From: Candidatus Kapaibacteriota bacterium | Lineage (GTDB): Bacteria > Bacteroidota > Ignavibacteria > Kapaibacteriales > UBA961 | DNA length: 64,000 nt | NCBI GenBank assembly: GCA_049426725.1 | Contig: JBMSYN010000007.1 | Span: forward strand, 2,291-66,290 | Direction of reading: 5' to 3' | In this document: positions 29,868-39,522 of the stretch, in pieces | Position numbering within the stretch: the first letter of the stretch is position 1 | How the letters are laid out: every line of letters begins with the position of its first letter | Notes under the pieces: generated by a model | What the model saw: the letters and a program-made list of their open reading frames with translations, nothing else | Database searches by the model: none | What the model was told of the DNA's origin: nothing | Made by a program: the position numbers and the translations under genes

Positions 29868-31127
29868 TTCAATGCAATGCACTCTGAAGCGTTCAATGAA
29901 AGCATGGACATCTGAAAAGCGTGTATACAATGGTGCTGGTGTCATGCGAATAATATTCGGCTCTCTCCAATCTACAATGATTCCATCTGCAATCAATTTG
30001 TCAATCACAACTTTTCCATGCTCATGAAACAACAAAGACAATTGAGCGCCCCGCTCTTCTTTGTTTTTTGGTGTGATAATCTCAAGTGGAAGTTGTGGTA
30101 ATTCTTGTTTCAATTTCAAGAGTCCTTCTTCGGCATATGCAGTGAGTGCATCTCTCTTCGCAAATAATGTGTGCAAATCCACTTTGTCAAATATATCCAA
30201 GGAAGCACGCAAACATGCAATTTGAAATACTTGCGCATTACTCAATTGCCAACCGGATGCACCATACGATGGAGTAAATCCTTTTTTCATCAGAAATCTG
30301 GTTTCTTCATCGTAGCCCCACCAACCTGCAAAGCGCGGAAGATCATGTGACTTTGCATGTCGATCATGAATGAATAATCCGCCTATCCCGCCCGGACCCG
30401 AATTCAAATATTTGTATGTACACCAAACTGCAAAATCAATATTCCAATCATGTAAATGGAGTTCAACATTTCCAATTGCATGCGCAAGATCCAATCCGCA
30501 TATAGCACCGGCATTATGTGCGGCTTCACCAATCTCCTTCATCTGAAAACGCTGTCCGGTTAAGTATTGCACGCCACTAAACATCACAATAGCGAGTGAA
30601 TCAGCATTGTGTTCAATCGTTTTGATGATGTCTTCATGATGAATCACATGTTCACCCTCGCGTGGCTTGATTTCAATGATTGCATCATCGGGATCAAATC
30701 CATGAAATAGAGCTTGTGATTCAATCGCATATTGATCTGATGGAAATGCACCTGCTTCCATCAAGATTTTATACCGTTGTTTTGTTGGACGATAAAATGA
30801 CACCATAGCCAAGTGCAAATTTGCTGTCAAAGTTTGCATTGCTACAACTTCACTTGGCAAAGCTCCCACAATTCTTGCGAGTGATTCAGTGACTATTGAG
30901 TGATAGGAAAACCAAGGATTCTTTGCATGAAAATGTCCTTCAACAGCATAGGTTCTCCAATCCATCACTTCTTGTTCAAGAAGTGCAAGAACACCTTTGG
31001 GTTGAAGTCCGAGTGAATTACCACAAAAGTACAATACATCATTTCCCTCATGCTGAGGAAAGTAAAATGCATTTCTTTGATCACAGAGGGAATCTTGTGC
31101 ATCCATAGATATGTGATACTCTTGCAT
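29853..31127 (-). CDS. kynU: Kynureninase
   Basis: LYFCGNSLGLQPK...DFAVWCTYKYLNSGPGGIGGLF (PLP lysine region). Start at ATG 31127. The 3' end overlaps the convergent murC by 15 nt. Confidence 0.85.
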   Translation of the reverse strand: MQEYHISMDAQDSLCDQRNAFYFPQHEGNDVLYFCGNSLGLQPKGVLALLEQEVMDWRTYAVEGHFHAKNPWFSYHSIVTESLARIVGALPSEVVAMQTLTANLHLAMVSFYRPTKQRYKILMEAGAFPSDQYAIESQALFHGFDPDDAIIEIKPREGEHVIHHEDIIKTIEHNADSLAIVMFSGVQYLTGQRFQMKEIGEAAHNAGAICGLDLAHAIGNVELHLHDWNIDFAVWCTYKYLNSGPGGIGGLFIHDRHAKSHDLPRFAGWWGYDEETRFLMKKGFTPSYGASGWQLSNAQVFQIACLRASLDIFDKVDLHTLFAKRDALTAYAEEGLLKLKQELPQLPLEIITPKNKEERGAQLSLLFHEHGKVVIDKLIADGIIVDWREPNIIRMTPAPLYTRFSDVHAFIERFRVHCIELFGA

Positions 31128-31129
31128 AC

Positions 31130-32098
31130 TCAACCTTTCTTCCTATTTGTACCAATTGTTGTTATTGCTTGTAAAGCTGCAACCATGCTATGGTCTTCGA
31201 CAGCATCCGTTCCTGCTATGGAATATGCAGTGCCATGATCCGGAGATACGCGAATGATGGGAAGATTTGCAGTGAAATTCACTCCATGACCTTGCGCTTG
31301 TAATTTAAGAGGAATCAATCCTTGATCATGATATTGAGCAATAATGACATCATATTCTTTCCAGGAAGGACGAGAGAATAAACCATCCGCAGGAAAAGGT
31401 CCATCACATTGAATGCCAAACTCTTTGGCTTTGGCAATTGCCGGTTTGATGATATATTCTTCCTCTGTACCCAGCATTCCATCTTCACCTGCATGCGGAT
31501 TTAATCCAAGAATTGCAATGCGCGGTTCATGAATGCCAAAATCATGTTTCATTGATTGATGAACACCAAAAATGGTTGAAGTTAATTGATCAACTGTAAT
31601 AGTGCTTGGAACATCTTTCAATGGAATATGTATTGTTGAAAGTGCAATACGCATCGAATCATGAAACAAGATCATGATGGGATTTGATTCAGGAAATTCA
31701 TGTTTCAGCCAGTCGGTTTGACCACTAAACTTCCAACCATGATCATTCAATGCAGATTTTGAAATTGGTAATGTCAGAATAGCCTCGGCATTTCCGGACT
31801 TCACCATATTCAATGCAATGTTCAATGATTCAATTGCAAGGAGTGCTGAGTCTTTTGTTGGTATTCCCGCTTGGTGCTTTGCATAGTGGTTACATGGAAT
31901 CACATGGATTTCATGACCATTTACATATATGATTCCATTGGTGAATGCAATATTCCATTCATCGCATAATTCCTTCGCCGTTTCTTCATTGATAACAATT
32001 GAACATTGCATATCATGAAAAGAATGACGCGAAAATGCTTTGAAGAAAATATCACTTGCGATGCCATTGACATCGCCGCATGAAATCACAACATGCAT
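31130..32098 (-). CDS. pdxA: 4-hydroxythreonine-4-phosphate dehydrogenase
   Basis: IAILGLNPHAGEDG...AQYHDQGLIPLK...VSPDHGTAYSIAG. Confidence 0.9.
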   Translation of the reverse strand: MHVVISCGDVNGIASDIFFKAFSRHSFHDMQCSIVINEETAKELCDEWNIAFTNGIIYVNGHEIHVIPCNHYAKHQAGIPTKDSALLAIESLNIALNMVKSGNAEAILTLPISKSALNDHGWKFSGQTDWLKHEFPESNPIMILFHDSMRIALSTIHIPLKDVPSTITVDQLTSTIFGVHQSMKHDFGIHEPRIAILGLNPHAGEDGMLGTEEEYIIKPAIAKAKEFGIQCDGPFPADGLFSRPSWKEYDVIIAQYHDQGLIPLKLQAQGHGVNFTANLPIIRVSPDHGTAYSIAGTDAVEDHSMVAALQAITTIGTNRKKG

Positions 32099-32110
32099 AG
32101 ACTAATACCT

Positions 32111-32140
32111 AAAAAAAAAGGCAACTAAAACAGTTGCCTT
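32111..32140 (-). terminator. Rho-independent terminator after rplQ (end of the alpha operon)
   Basis: Minus-strand RNA: aaggcaac-uguuuua-guugccuu followed by UUUUUUUUU. Confidence 0.75.
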
Positions 32141-32161
32141 TACAAAATCTACTTCATTGAA

Positions 32162-32872
32162 TTACTCGGCTGAAGCATCGCCCGCATCAGCTGAATCTTC
32201 TGCAGCGGTTTCTTCGCTTGCAGGAGCTTCGCTAGATTCTTCTGCCGCTTCAGTTGCGTCTGCCTGGATTTCAGCTGAATCAGCAATCGGTTCGACTGTT
32301 TCTTCGATTACTTCTTCAACTTCAGGAGTAGCATCTTCGATGATTGGTGCTGCAACAGGTGCCATTTCAGAAATAGGAGCTGCTGCTTTCGGTTTTGGGG
32401 TCGCTTTTTTCTTGCGACGAACAATACCATCTTGAGCAACTGAAAAGTCAACCAATTCAATGATTGCTTCACGGCCACCATCGCCACGACGAGGTCCGAG
32501 CTTGATGATGCGTGTATAACCGCCATCGCGATTTGCAACTGCAGGTGCAATTGTATCAAACAATTCTTGAAGAACTGCTTTATTGCGAATGAAACGGCCA
32601 ACTTGACGACGCTGTACGAAGTCTTTTGTCACTGTTGCAACTTCGCCTGACTTATTTGGACGAGCTGTTGGCAAATTTCCATTTTGTTCATTGCGAAGAG
32701 CAATGCGTGCGCGGGTGATCAATGATTCCGCGAAAGGACGGAGTTCCTTTGCCTTTGCTTCGGTTGTTACCAGTTTCTTATGAAGAAAGAGATCGGTTGC
32801 AAGGTTGCACATAAGTGATTTCTTATGGCTCCAAGTGCGTTTAAGCTTTCTTCCTACTCTGCGATGGATCAT
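32162..32872 (-). CDS. rplQ: 50S ribosomal protein L17 with internal insertion and a roughly 90-aa low-complexity acidic C-terminal extension
   Basis: MIHRRVGRKLKRTWSHKKSLMCNLATDLFLHKKLVTTEAKAKELRPFAESLITRA...GGYTRIIKLGPRRGDGGREAIIELV, followed by a KK-rich linker and an A/E/P/T/S-rich tail to 236 aa. Confidence 0.9.
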   Translation of the reverse strand: MIHRRVGRKLKRTWSHKKSLMCNLATDLFLHKKLVTTEAKAKELRPFAESLITRARIALRNEQNGNLPTARPNKSGEVATVTKDFVQRRQVGRFIRNKAVLQELFDTIAPAVANRDGGYTRIIKLGPRRGDGGREAIIELVDFSVAQDGIVRRKKKATPKPKAAAPISEMAPVAAPIIEDATPEVEEVIEETVEPIADSAEIQADATEAAEESSEAPASEETAAEDSADAGDASAE

Positions 32873-32900
32873 TGTAATGTCTCTCTATTCTATCGTTGTA

Positions 32901-33914
32901 TTATGCTTCTGATTCTGCGGCTTTTTGCTCTTGCACATATTTGTCGATGTTCATGCCAAATGCAAGACCATGAACACGGACGATATCTGCGAGTTCAGAA
33001 AGTGATTTGCGACCAAAATTTCTGAATTTGAGCAAATCTTGTTCATTCAATGAAACAAGTTCCGCGAGTGTTTTGATATTTGCCGCTTTAAGACAATTGT
33101 GTGCTCTCACAGACAATTCAAGCTCATCCACCGGAGTGAAGAGGATGCGTCTCATGCGTGCTTTTTCTGCTTCTTTTGCTTCTTCTTCAACAACTTCCTG
33201 TGCTTCCATTTCGCGACGCATTTGTTCGAAATTCACAAAAAGCATCAAGTGATCTTGAAGAATAGCAGCTGCTTCTTGAATTGCTTCTTGAGCAGTGATT
33301 GTTCCATCTGTGTATACATCGAGTGCCAAGCGCTCATAGTCGGTTTTTTGTCCAACGCGGAATGGCTCGACATTATAAATCACATTTTTGATTGGAGTAA
33401 AAATCGCATCGATTGGAATCATGCCCATTGGATACTCGGAACTGTTTTGTTCTTCTGAAGGAACATAACCTTTTCCTTTTCCGATACGGAATTCCACATC
33501 GAATTCAGCATTAGATTCAAGCGTAGCGATATACTTGTCAGGATCCATCACTTCAATGTGTGGAGCTGCTGCTTGGATATCTGCTGCTGTCCAAACTTTT
33601 GGACCTTTCATCTTGAAAGAAATTTTTGTGTTCTTTTTGTCGAGCAAACGGAAACGAACCTCTTTCAAATTGAGGACGATTTCGCACATGTCTTCAACAA
33701 CACCAGGGATTGTCTCAAACTCATGCAATACATTGCCGATTTTCACACCAACGATGGCATGTCCGGGAATGGATGACAGAAGTACTCTGCGAAGAGCATT
33801 TCCAATCGTTACGCCATAGCCCTCTTCGAGAGGTTGCAATACATAACGACCCTGATTTGCTATTTCAGTTTCTTCGATTTGTACCCGTTCGGGCATTTGC
33901 ATTGAAGTATTCAT
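32901..33914 (-). CDS. rpoA: DNA-directed RNA polymerase subunit alpha
   Basis: GYGVTIGNALRRVLLSSIPG...C-terminal LELSVRAHNCLKAANIKTLAELV. Confidence 0.95.
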   Translation of the reverse strand: MNTSMQMPERVQIEETEIANQGRYVLQPLEEGYGVTIGNALRRVLLSSIPGHAIVGVKIGNVLHEFETIPGVVEDMCEIVLNLKEVRFRLLDKKNTKISFKMKGPKVWTAADIQAAAPHIEVMDPDKYIATLESNAEFDVEFRIGKGKGYVPSEEQNSSEYPMGMIPIDAIFTPIKNVIYNVEPFRVGQKTDYERLALDVYTDGTITAQEAIQEAAAILQDHLMLFVNFEQMRREMEAQEVVEEEAKEAEKARMRRILFTPVDELELSVRAHNCLKAANIKTLAELVSLNEQDLLKFRNFGRKSLSELADIVRVHGLAFGMNIDKYVQEQKAAESEA

Positions 33915-34049
33915 TCTCTATCTCATTCATGGGGCAACCCCGTGGGGTAGCCGGGTGAGAACAATCGTTAACTATCTCTGTGATTCCACAGTGCACAATG
34001 CCTGCATCTAGCAGGCATCATGTCTTTCCGATTATGCTGTCAGATTCTT

Positions 34050-34436
34050 TTAGACTCTTCTACGCTTTGGAGGTCTGCAGCCATTGTGAGGCAAAGGAGT
34101 TTTATCGAGAATATTTAGAATCTCGAGTCCTGCCTGTGCAAGTGCACGAATCGCAGCTTCACGACCAGAGCCGGGTCCGCGAACGATCACTTCCACTTTG
34201 CGCAAGCCCATTTCATGAGCTTCTTTTGCTGCACGCTCTGCAGAAACCTGTGATGCATAAGGCGTATTCTTTTTGGAACCGCGGAAGCCATTGCGTCCAG
34301 CGGATGACCATGTAAGAACATTGCCATAAGTGTCAGTGATTGTCACGATCACATTGTTGAATGTGGCACGAATGAGTGCTTTGCCGTGTATGTCACTGAC
34401 GGTTTTTTTCTTAACGCGCTTTTTAATTGCCGCCAT
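34050..34436 (-). CDS. rpsK: 30S ribosomal protein S11
   Basis: [38 protein letters not shown]...[13 protein letters not shown]. Confidence 0.95.
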   Translation of the reverse strand: MAAIKKRVKKKTVSDIHGKALIRATFNNVIVTITDTYGNVLTWSSAGRNGFRGSKKNTPYASQVSAERAAKEAHEMGLRKVEVIVRGPGSGREAAIRALAQAGLEILNILDKTPLPHNGCRPPKRRRV

Positions 34437-34466
34437 AATAATCGGAATATGAGGTTAATAATGCTA

Positions 34467-34844
34467 TTATTTTTTCGCTGCCTTCTTCTTACCGGCAACT
34501 GTTTTACGACGACCTTTTCTCGTTCTGGAATTGGTACGTGTACGTTGACCGCGAGCGGGCAAACCACGACGATGGCGCAATCCGCGATAGCATCCAATGT
34601 CCATCAAACGCTTGATGTTCAATTGGATTTCTGAACGCAATTGACCTTCAACTTTATAATCAGCAATCGCTGCGCGAATGCTTGCAATTTCTTCATCGGT
34701 CCAATTCAATACACGCTTCTCAAAAGGAATTCCTGCCTTTGTGAGAATCTCAGCGGATGACTTCTTGCCCACGCCGAAGATATATGTGAGGCCGATGATG
34801 CCTCGCTTATTTTTGGGTAGATCGATACCGGCTATACGAGCCAT
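34467..34844 (-). CDS. rpsM: 30S ribosomal protein S13
   Basis: [26 protein letters not shown]...[20 protein letters not shown]. Confidence 0.95.
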   Translation of the reverse strand: MARIAGIDLPKNKRGIIGLTYIFGVGKKSSAEILTKAGIPFEKRVLNWTDEEIASIRAAIADYKVEGQLRSEIQLNIKRLMDIGCYRGLRHRRGLPARGQRTRTNSRTRKGRRKTVAGKKKAAKK

Positions 34845-34859
34845 TGTATACTCCTAAAA

Positions 34860-34976
34860 TTATCCTTGTCTTTGCTTAAAGCGTGGATTTTTCTTGTTGA
34901 TGATATACACTTTGCCTCTGCGAACAACGATTTTGTCGTCTGGGCTGCGTTTTTTTACTGATGCTTGTACTTTCAT
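34860..34976 (-). CDS. rpmJ: 50S ribosomal protein L36 (Cys-less, zinc-independent type)
   Basis: Below the ORF-track size cut-off. My translation: [38 protein letters not shown], then stop. It lies between infA and rpsM, as expected. Confidence 0.9.
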   Translation of the reverse strand: MKVQASVKKRSPDDKIVVRRGKVYIINKKNPRFKQRQG

Positions 34977-34984
34977 GACATCAC

Positions 34985-35203
34985 TTATTTATAACGATAT
35001 ACAATTCTGCCTTTTGCAAGATCATAAGGAGAAAGTTCAACGGTCACTTTGTCTCCTTGGAGAATCTTGATGAAATTCATTCGCATCTTTCCGGAAATGT
35101 GACAAAGCACTTTGTGACCATTCTCCAATTTCACGATAAACTGTGTATTGGGGAGTGTCTCGTCTATCACACCGTCGATCCGGATAAGATCTTGTTTCGA
35201 CAT
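34985..35203 (-). CDS. infA: Translation initiation factor IF-1
   Basis: [62 protein letters not shown]. Confidence 0.95.
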   Translation of the reverse strand: MSKQDLIRIDGVIDETLPNTQFIVKLENGHKVLCHISGKMRMNFIKILQGDKVTVELSPYDLAKGRIVYRYK

Positions 35204-35209
35204 AAATGT

Positions 35210-35995
35210 TCAATCCATTAAGGTTAATATCACCGGCCCATCATCTTCGATGAGCACCGTATGCTCAAAATGTGCCGATGGTTTTTTGTCTGCAGTCACC
35301 ACCGTCCAGCCATCGCTGAGTGTTCGCACATTGTATGTTCCTTGATTGACCATTGGTTCAATCGCGATTGCTTGTCCTTTTCGCAGTTTCTCATTTGGAT
35401 AATAACTGCGTTGCAAAAGCGGAGGAACGAAATTCGGTATGGCGGGGTCTTCATGTAAATGAGTTCCTATGCCATGTCCAACCAATTGTCGGACCACCGA
35501 ATATCCATGTTTTTCAACGTGCGTTTGAACAGCTCGAGCTATGTCATAGACTTTGTTCTTGCTTTTTGCTTGCCTCACACCCAAATCCAAAGATTCTTTA
35601 GTGGCATTCAGCAAATCCTGAACTGACTTGTCGATGGTTCCAACTGGAAATGTAAAAGCGCTATCGCCAAACCATCCATTGTATTCCACGCCACAGTCAA
35701 TCGAAACAATATCTCCTTCTTTCAAGATGCGTGATCCGGGAATTCCATGAACCACTTCTTCATTCACTGAAATGCAAAGGGAATGTTTGAATTCCAATTT
35801 GCCAACAACATACCCTTTAAATGCGGGTTTGCCATTGCTCGAGAGAATATTGTCTTCTGCTATATTGTCAAGTTCGAGGGTTGTGATGCCGGGTTTAATC
35901 TGGCGCCCAACCTTCATAATCGTTTCAGCAACGATCCTGCATGCTTTTTCAATATCATGATTCGGACCGGGTATATGTACCGCGGCTGATTCCAT
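35210..35995 (-). CDS. map: Type I methionine aminopeptidase
   Basis: VVHGIPG...DIVSIDCG...GHGIGTHLHEDP...IEPM metal-ligand motifs. Position between secY and infA. Confidence 0.9.
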   Translation of the reverse strand: MESAAVHIPGPNHDIEKACRIVAETIMKVGRQIKPGITTLELDNIAEDNILSSNGKPAFKGYVVGKLEFKHSLCISVNEEVVHGIPGSRILKEGDIVSIDCGVEYNGWFGDSAFTFPVGTIDKSVQDLLNATKESLDLGVRQAKSKNKVYDIARAVQTHVEKHGYSVVRQLVGHGIGTHLHEDPAIPNFVPPLLQRSYYPNEKLRKGQAIAIEPMVNQGTYNVRTLSDGWTVVTADKKPSAHFEHTVLIEDDGPVILTLMD

Positions 35996-36000
35996 GATTC

Positions 36001-37353
36001 TTAGAAACCACCTTGTCCCGCATTAGCGCGACCGCGAATCTTGCCACTCTTCATGAATCCATCATAATGACGCATGAGAAGATATGATTCAATTTGTTGC
36101 AATGTATCAAGTGCAACGCCAACCATGATCAGCAAACTTGTACCACCAAAGAATGATGCGAATGCCGGTTGAACACGCAATACATTTGAAACAAATGTTG
36201 GCATGATTGCGATGAGTGCAAGAAAAATTGCACCTGGCAATGTGATGCGAGTCAAAATATTTTCAATATAATCTGCTGTTGGTGCACCGGGGCGAACTCC
36301 GGGAATAAAACCACCTTGCTTCTTCATATTGTCTGCGACATCTTTTGGATTAAATGCAACAGCTGTATAGAAATATGTGAAGAAGACGATCAGCAATGAG
36401 AATGACAATGCATACACCCATGACTGCTCACTAAACAATTGTTGTGAAAGCCATTGCAATGTTGTATTGTCCGGGAAGAAACTCAAAATCGTACTTGGCA
36501 CGAACAAAATTGACTGAGCAAAAATGATCGGCATAACACCTGATGTGTTTACACGAAGTGGAATATATTGAGTTGTTCCGCCATACACTTTTCTTCCAAC
36601 AACACGCTTTGCATATTGAATTGGGATTCTTCTTGCGCCTTGTGTTACCAATACGACGCCTGCAATAATGAAGACAAGCACTGCAAAGATCACAAGATGA
36701 ACAAACAATTGTGGTGTTGATGTGATATATGCAAATTCAGAGAACAATGCATCAGGGAGACGAGCGATGATACCGATGAAAATGATCAAAGATATACCAT
36801 TACCCAAACCTCTTTCCGTGATCTGCTCACCAAGCCACATCAAGAACACTGTACCGGCTGTTAAAAGCACGATGGAAGAGATTGTAAACAAACCAACCAT
36901 GTCTGGTGCAACTACCGGAGCGGATGTTGTTCCTGGATTCAAAATTTTAATGGTCACTCCCCAACCTTGCAATGCTGCAATGAGCACTGTGAGATAACGG
37001 GTGAACTGATTGATCTTTCTTCTTCCGTCTTCACCTTCTCTTTGAAGTCGTTGAATTTCCGGCATCACGATTCCTGCCAATTGCAGAATGATGGATGCAG
37101 AAATATAGGGCATGATTCCAAGAGCGAAAATGGCTGCATTTGACAATGCACCACCGACGAACAAATCATATAATCCGAACAATGTATTCGAATCACCGCC
37201 CTTCGTTGATTGCAATGCAATAACATCCACACCGGGAAGAGGGATATAGGAACCGATTCTCACTGCAAGCAAAATCAATGCAGTGAAAATGATTCTATCC
37301 TTTAATTCCTCAATGCGAAAAACATTGACCAATGTTTGAAAGAACTTATTCAT
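36001..37353 (-). CDS. secY: Preprotein translocase subunit SecY
   Basis: 10-TM protein: IFALGIMPYISASIILQL...GISLIIF...RRIPIQYAKR. Position after rplO. Confidence 0.95.
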   Translation of the reverse strand: MNKFFQTLVNVFRIEELKDRIIFTALILLAVRIGSYIPLPGVDVIALQSTKGGDSNTLFGLYDLFVGGALSNAAIFALGIMPYISASIILQLAGIVMPEIQRLQREGEDGRRKINQFTRYLTVLIAALQGWGVTIKILNPGTTSAPVVAPDMVGLFTISSIVLLTAGTVFLMWLGEQITERGLGNGISLIIFIGIIARLPDALFSEFAYITSTPQLFVHLVIFAVLVFIIAGVVLVTQGARRIPIQYAKRVVGRKVYGGTTQYIPLRVNTSGVMPIIFAQSILFVPSTILSFFPDNTTLQWLSQQLFSEQSWVYALSFSLLIVFFTYFYTAVAFNPKDVADNMKKQGGFIPGVRPGAPTADYIENILTRITLPGAIFLALIAIMPTFVSNVLRVQPAFASFFGGTSLLIMVGVALDTLQQIESYLLMRHYDGFMKSGKIRGRANAGQGGF

Positions 37354-37810
37354 CGATTACAGCGGTGCCTCCGGCTTGTTCGATCTTTCCTTTCGCTGAT
37401 TCTGTGAATTTCGCGGCAGTCACATTCAATTTGGCGGTGAGATCACCATTACCAAGAACTTTTACCGGAATTCTGGAAGAGCGTACAACACCGAGATTGC
37501 GAAGGATTTCGATATTTACTGTGTCACCCGCATGAATCTTGTTATTGTCAACAAGTTCCTGCAAACGAGCAACATTGATTTCTTGATATTCAATGCGGAA
37601 TGGATTCTTGAATCCAAATTTAGGCAGACGACGACTCAAAGGCATTTGACCGCCCTCGAAATTTCTCTTCTGCTTGAAACCTGAACGAGAAGAATGACCT
37701 TTGTGTCCGCGAGTTGATGTCCCACCATGGCCGGATCCCGCGCCTCTACCGATACGCTTGATACCTTTTACTGAACCTTTGCTGGGGCTGATATTTCCAA
37801 TATGCTTCAT
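37346..37810 (-). CDS. rplO: 50S ribosomal protein L15
   Basis: KRIGRGAGSGHGGTSTRGHKG...GGQMPLSRRLPK. Confidence 0.95.
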   Translation of the reverse strand: MKHIGNISPSKGSVKGIKRIGRGAGSGHGGTSTRGHKGHSSRSGFKQKRNFEGGQMPLSRRLPKFGFKNPFRIEYQEINVARLQELVDNNKIHAGDTVNIEILRNLGVVRSSRIPVKVLGNGDLTAKLNVTAAKFTESAKGKIEQAGGTAVIDE

Positions 37811-37830
37811 AATAGGATATTCTCCGTCTT

Positions 37831-38022
37831 TCAGATAGTCTCAACTTTCACAAGATGGCTGACCACATTGATCATGCCAGAAATTTGAGGATTGAGTGTA
37901 TGCACAACTGAGAAGTTGGGACGACCCAAACCAAGCGCATGTATTGTGTCTTTTTGATTCTGCTTGCATTTGATGATGCTGCGAATCTGTGTGATTTTTA
38001 CTTTTGAACCTGCTTTCGTCAT
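37831..38022 (-). CDS. rpmD: 50S ribosomal protein L30
   Basis: MTKAGSKVKITQIRSIIKCKQNQKDTIHALGLGR. Start at ATG 38022 with AAGGAG 8 nt upstream. Confidence 0.9.
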   Translation of the reverse strand: MTKAGSKVKITQIRSIIKCKQNQKDTIHALGLGRPNFSVVHTLNPQISGMINVVSHLVKVETI

Positions 38023-38034
38023 GTGAATCACTCC

Positions 38035-38538
38035 TTATCCTTGCAGCAATTTCTGTAATGAGATGCCTCTGCGATTTGCAGCTGATTGAGCATCCTCAAG
38101 CATTGACAATGCGCGCACTGTTGCTTTCACGGTATTGTGAGGATTGGAAGAGCCCATGCTCTTTGTCAATACATCCTGCACACCTGCAAGTTCAAGCACC
38201 GCGCGAACTCCACCACCGGCAATAACACCGGTACCTGCTGTAGCAGGCTTGATGAGCACGGAAGCTGCACCAAACTTTGCAAGAACTTCGTGGGGAATCG
38301 TGGTATTCTGCAATTGCACTTTCACGATATTGTTCTTGGCGGCATTGGTTGCTTTGCTCACGGCATCAACAACCTCACCAGCTTTTCCAAGTCCATAACC
38401 CACATGTCCATTGCCGTCACCTACAACGACCAATGCAGTGAAATTAAAACGGCGTCCGCCCTTTACCACTTTCGCGGTACGGCCGACATATACCAACTTA
38501 TCTTTCAGATCAAGTTCTGACACTCTTACTTTGCTCAC
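38035..38538 (-). CDS. rpsE: 30S ribosomal protein S5
   Basis: VGRTAKVVKGGRRFNFTALVVVGDGNGHVGYGLGKA. GTG start with GAGGA upstream. Confidence 0.95.
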   Translation of the reverse strand: MSKVRVSELDLKDKLVYVGRTAKVVKGGRRFNFTALVVVGDGNGHVGYGLGKAGEVVDAVSKATNAAKNNIVKVQLQNTTIPHEVLAKFGAASVLIKPATAGTGVIAGGGVRAVLELAGVQDVLTKSMGSSNPHNTVKATVRALSMLEDAQSAANRRGISLQKLLQG

Positions 38539-38553
38539 GGCATCCTCTATAAA

Positions 38554-38925
38554 TTAGAATTGCAGTCCGCCTTCGCGTGCGGCTTCGGCAAGTGCTTTTA
38601 CTCTTCCATGGTACAAGTGACCATTTCGGTCAAATGCCACGCTTGAAATATTTGCTTCTTTGGCGCGCTTCGCAAGAAGTTCACCGACATATTGACTCTT
38701 CGCAACTTTCGTTGCAATTGATGTCAATGCTTCACGCACATCTTTTTCAATAGATGAGACAGAAACGAGCGTTACACCCTTTGTGTCATCAATGATTTGA
38801 GCAGTGATATGCTTGATGCTTTTATTGACGCTCAAACGCAGACGCTCGGGATTGCCGAATATACGCTTGCGAATATGCTGCTTTCTGCGTTGTTGGCGTT
38901 TCTTTTTTGATTGTTCTAAGTTCAT
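38554..38925 (-). CDS. rplR: 50S ribosomal protein L18
   Basis: [18 protein letters not shown]...[27 protein letters not shown]. Confidence 0.95.
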   Translation of the reverse strand: MNLEQSKKKRQQRRKQHIRKRIFGNPERLRLSVNKSIKHITAQIIDDTKGVTLVSVSSIEKDVREALTSIATKVAKSQYVGELLAKRAKEANISSVAFDRNGHLYHGRVKALAEAAREGGLQF

Positions 38926-38959
38926 CTCTATTGTCTCTTGAGAATCTGTCGATCAATTA

Positions 38960-39499
38960 TTATTTACCTGCGGACTTACCGGCTTTACGACGGATATATT
39001 CACCTTCATAACGAACACCTTTTCCTTTGTATGGCTCAGGTGGACGAATGCTGCGAATCTTTGCCGCAACTTCACCAACATCATGCTTGCTAATACCTTT
39101 CACCTGAACGGATGTAGGAGTTGGTGTCGCAAATTCAATGCCATCCGGTGGAATCACCAAAATTGGATGCGAATATCCAAGCGTCAAGAGCAATTTCTTG
39201 CCGCGCATTTCAGCTTTGAAACCAACACCTTCTATAGTGAGATTTCTCTGAAATCCATTGGATACACCTTCAATTGCATTGAATGTGAGTGCGCGTGAAA
39301 GACCATGCAATGCACGCACTTTTTTATCATCATTCGCTCTTTGAAAAGAGAGCGATCCATTTTCATTGTTGAATGTTATGCCGTCCGCAATCGGTACAAC
39401 TTGTGTGCCTTTCGGGCCTTTGACAGTAAGAACACCATCATTAAATGACAATTGTACATTGTTTGGAACGGTAATTGGTTTTTTGCCAACTCGTGACAC
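38960..39499 (-). CDS. rplF: 50S ribosomal protein L6
   Basis: SRVGKKPITVPNNVQL...LTIEGVGFKA...PEPYKGKGVRY. GTG start with AAGGAG upstream. Confidence 0.95.
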   Translation of the reverse strand: MSRVGKKPITVPNNVQLSFNDGVLTVKGPKGTQVVPIADGITFNNENGSLSFQRANDDKKVRALHGLSRALTFNAIEGVSNGFQRNLTIEGVGFKAEMRGKKLLLTLGYSHPILVIPPDGIEFATPTPTSVQVKGISKHDVGEVAAKIRSIRPPEPYKGKGVRYEGEYIRRKAGKSAGK

Positions 39500-39522
39500 G
39501 GTATTACTCCTTCAGTGCAGGA

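Noticed and set aside
32157-32435. 92-aa Ala/Ser-rich plus-strand ORF.
   Set aside because: It is the mirror image of the low-complexity acidic tail of L17 on the opposite strand. The sequence is low-complexity and has no start context.
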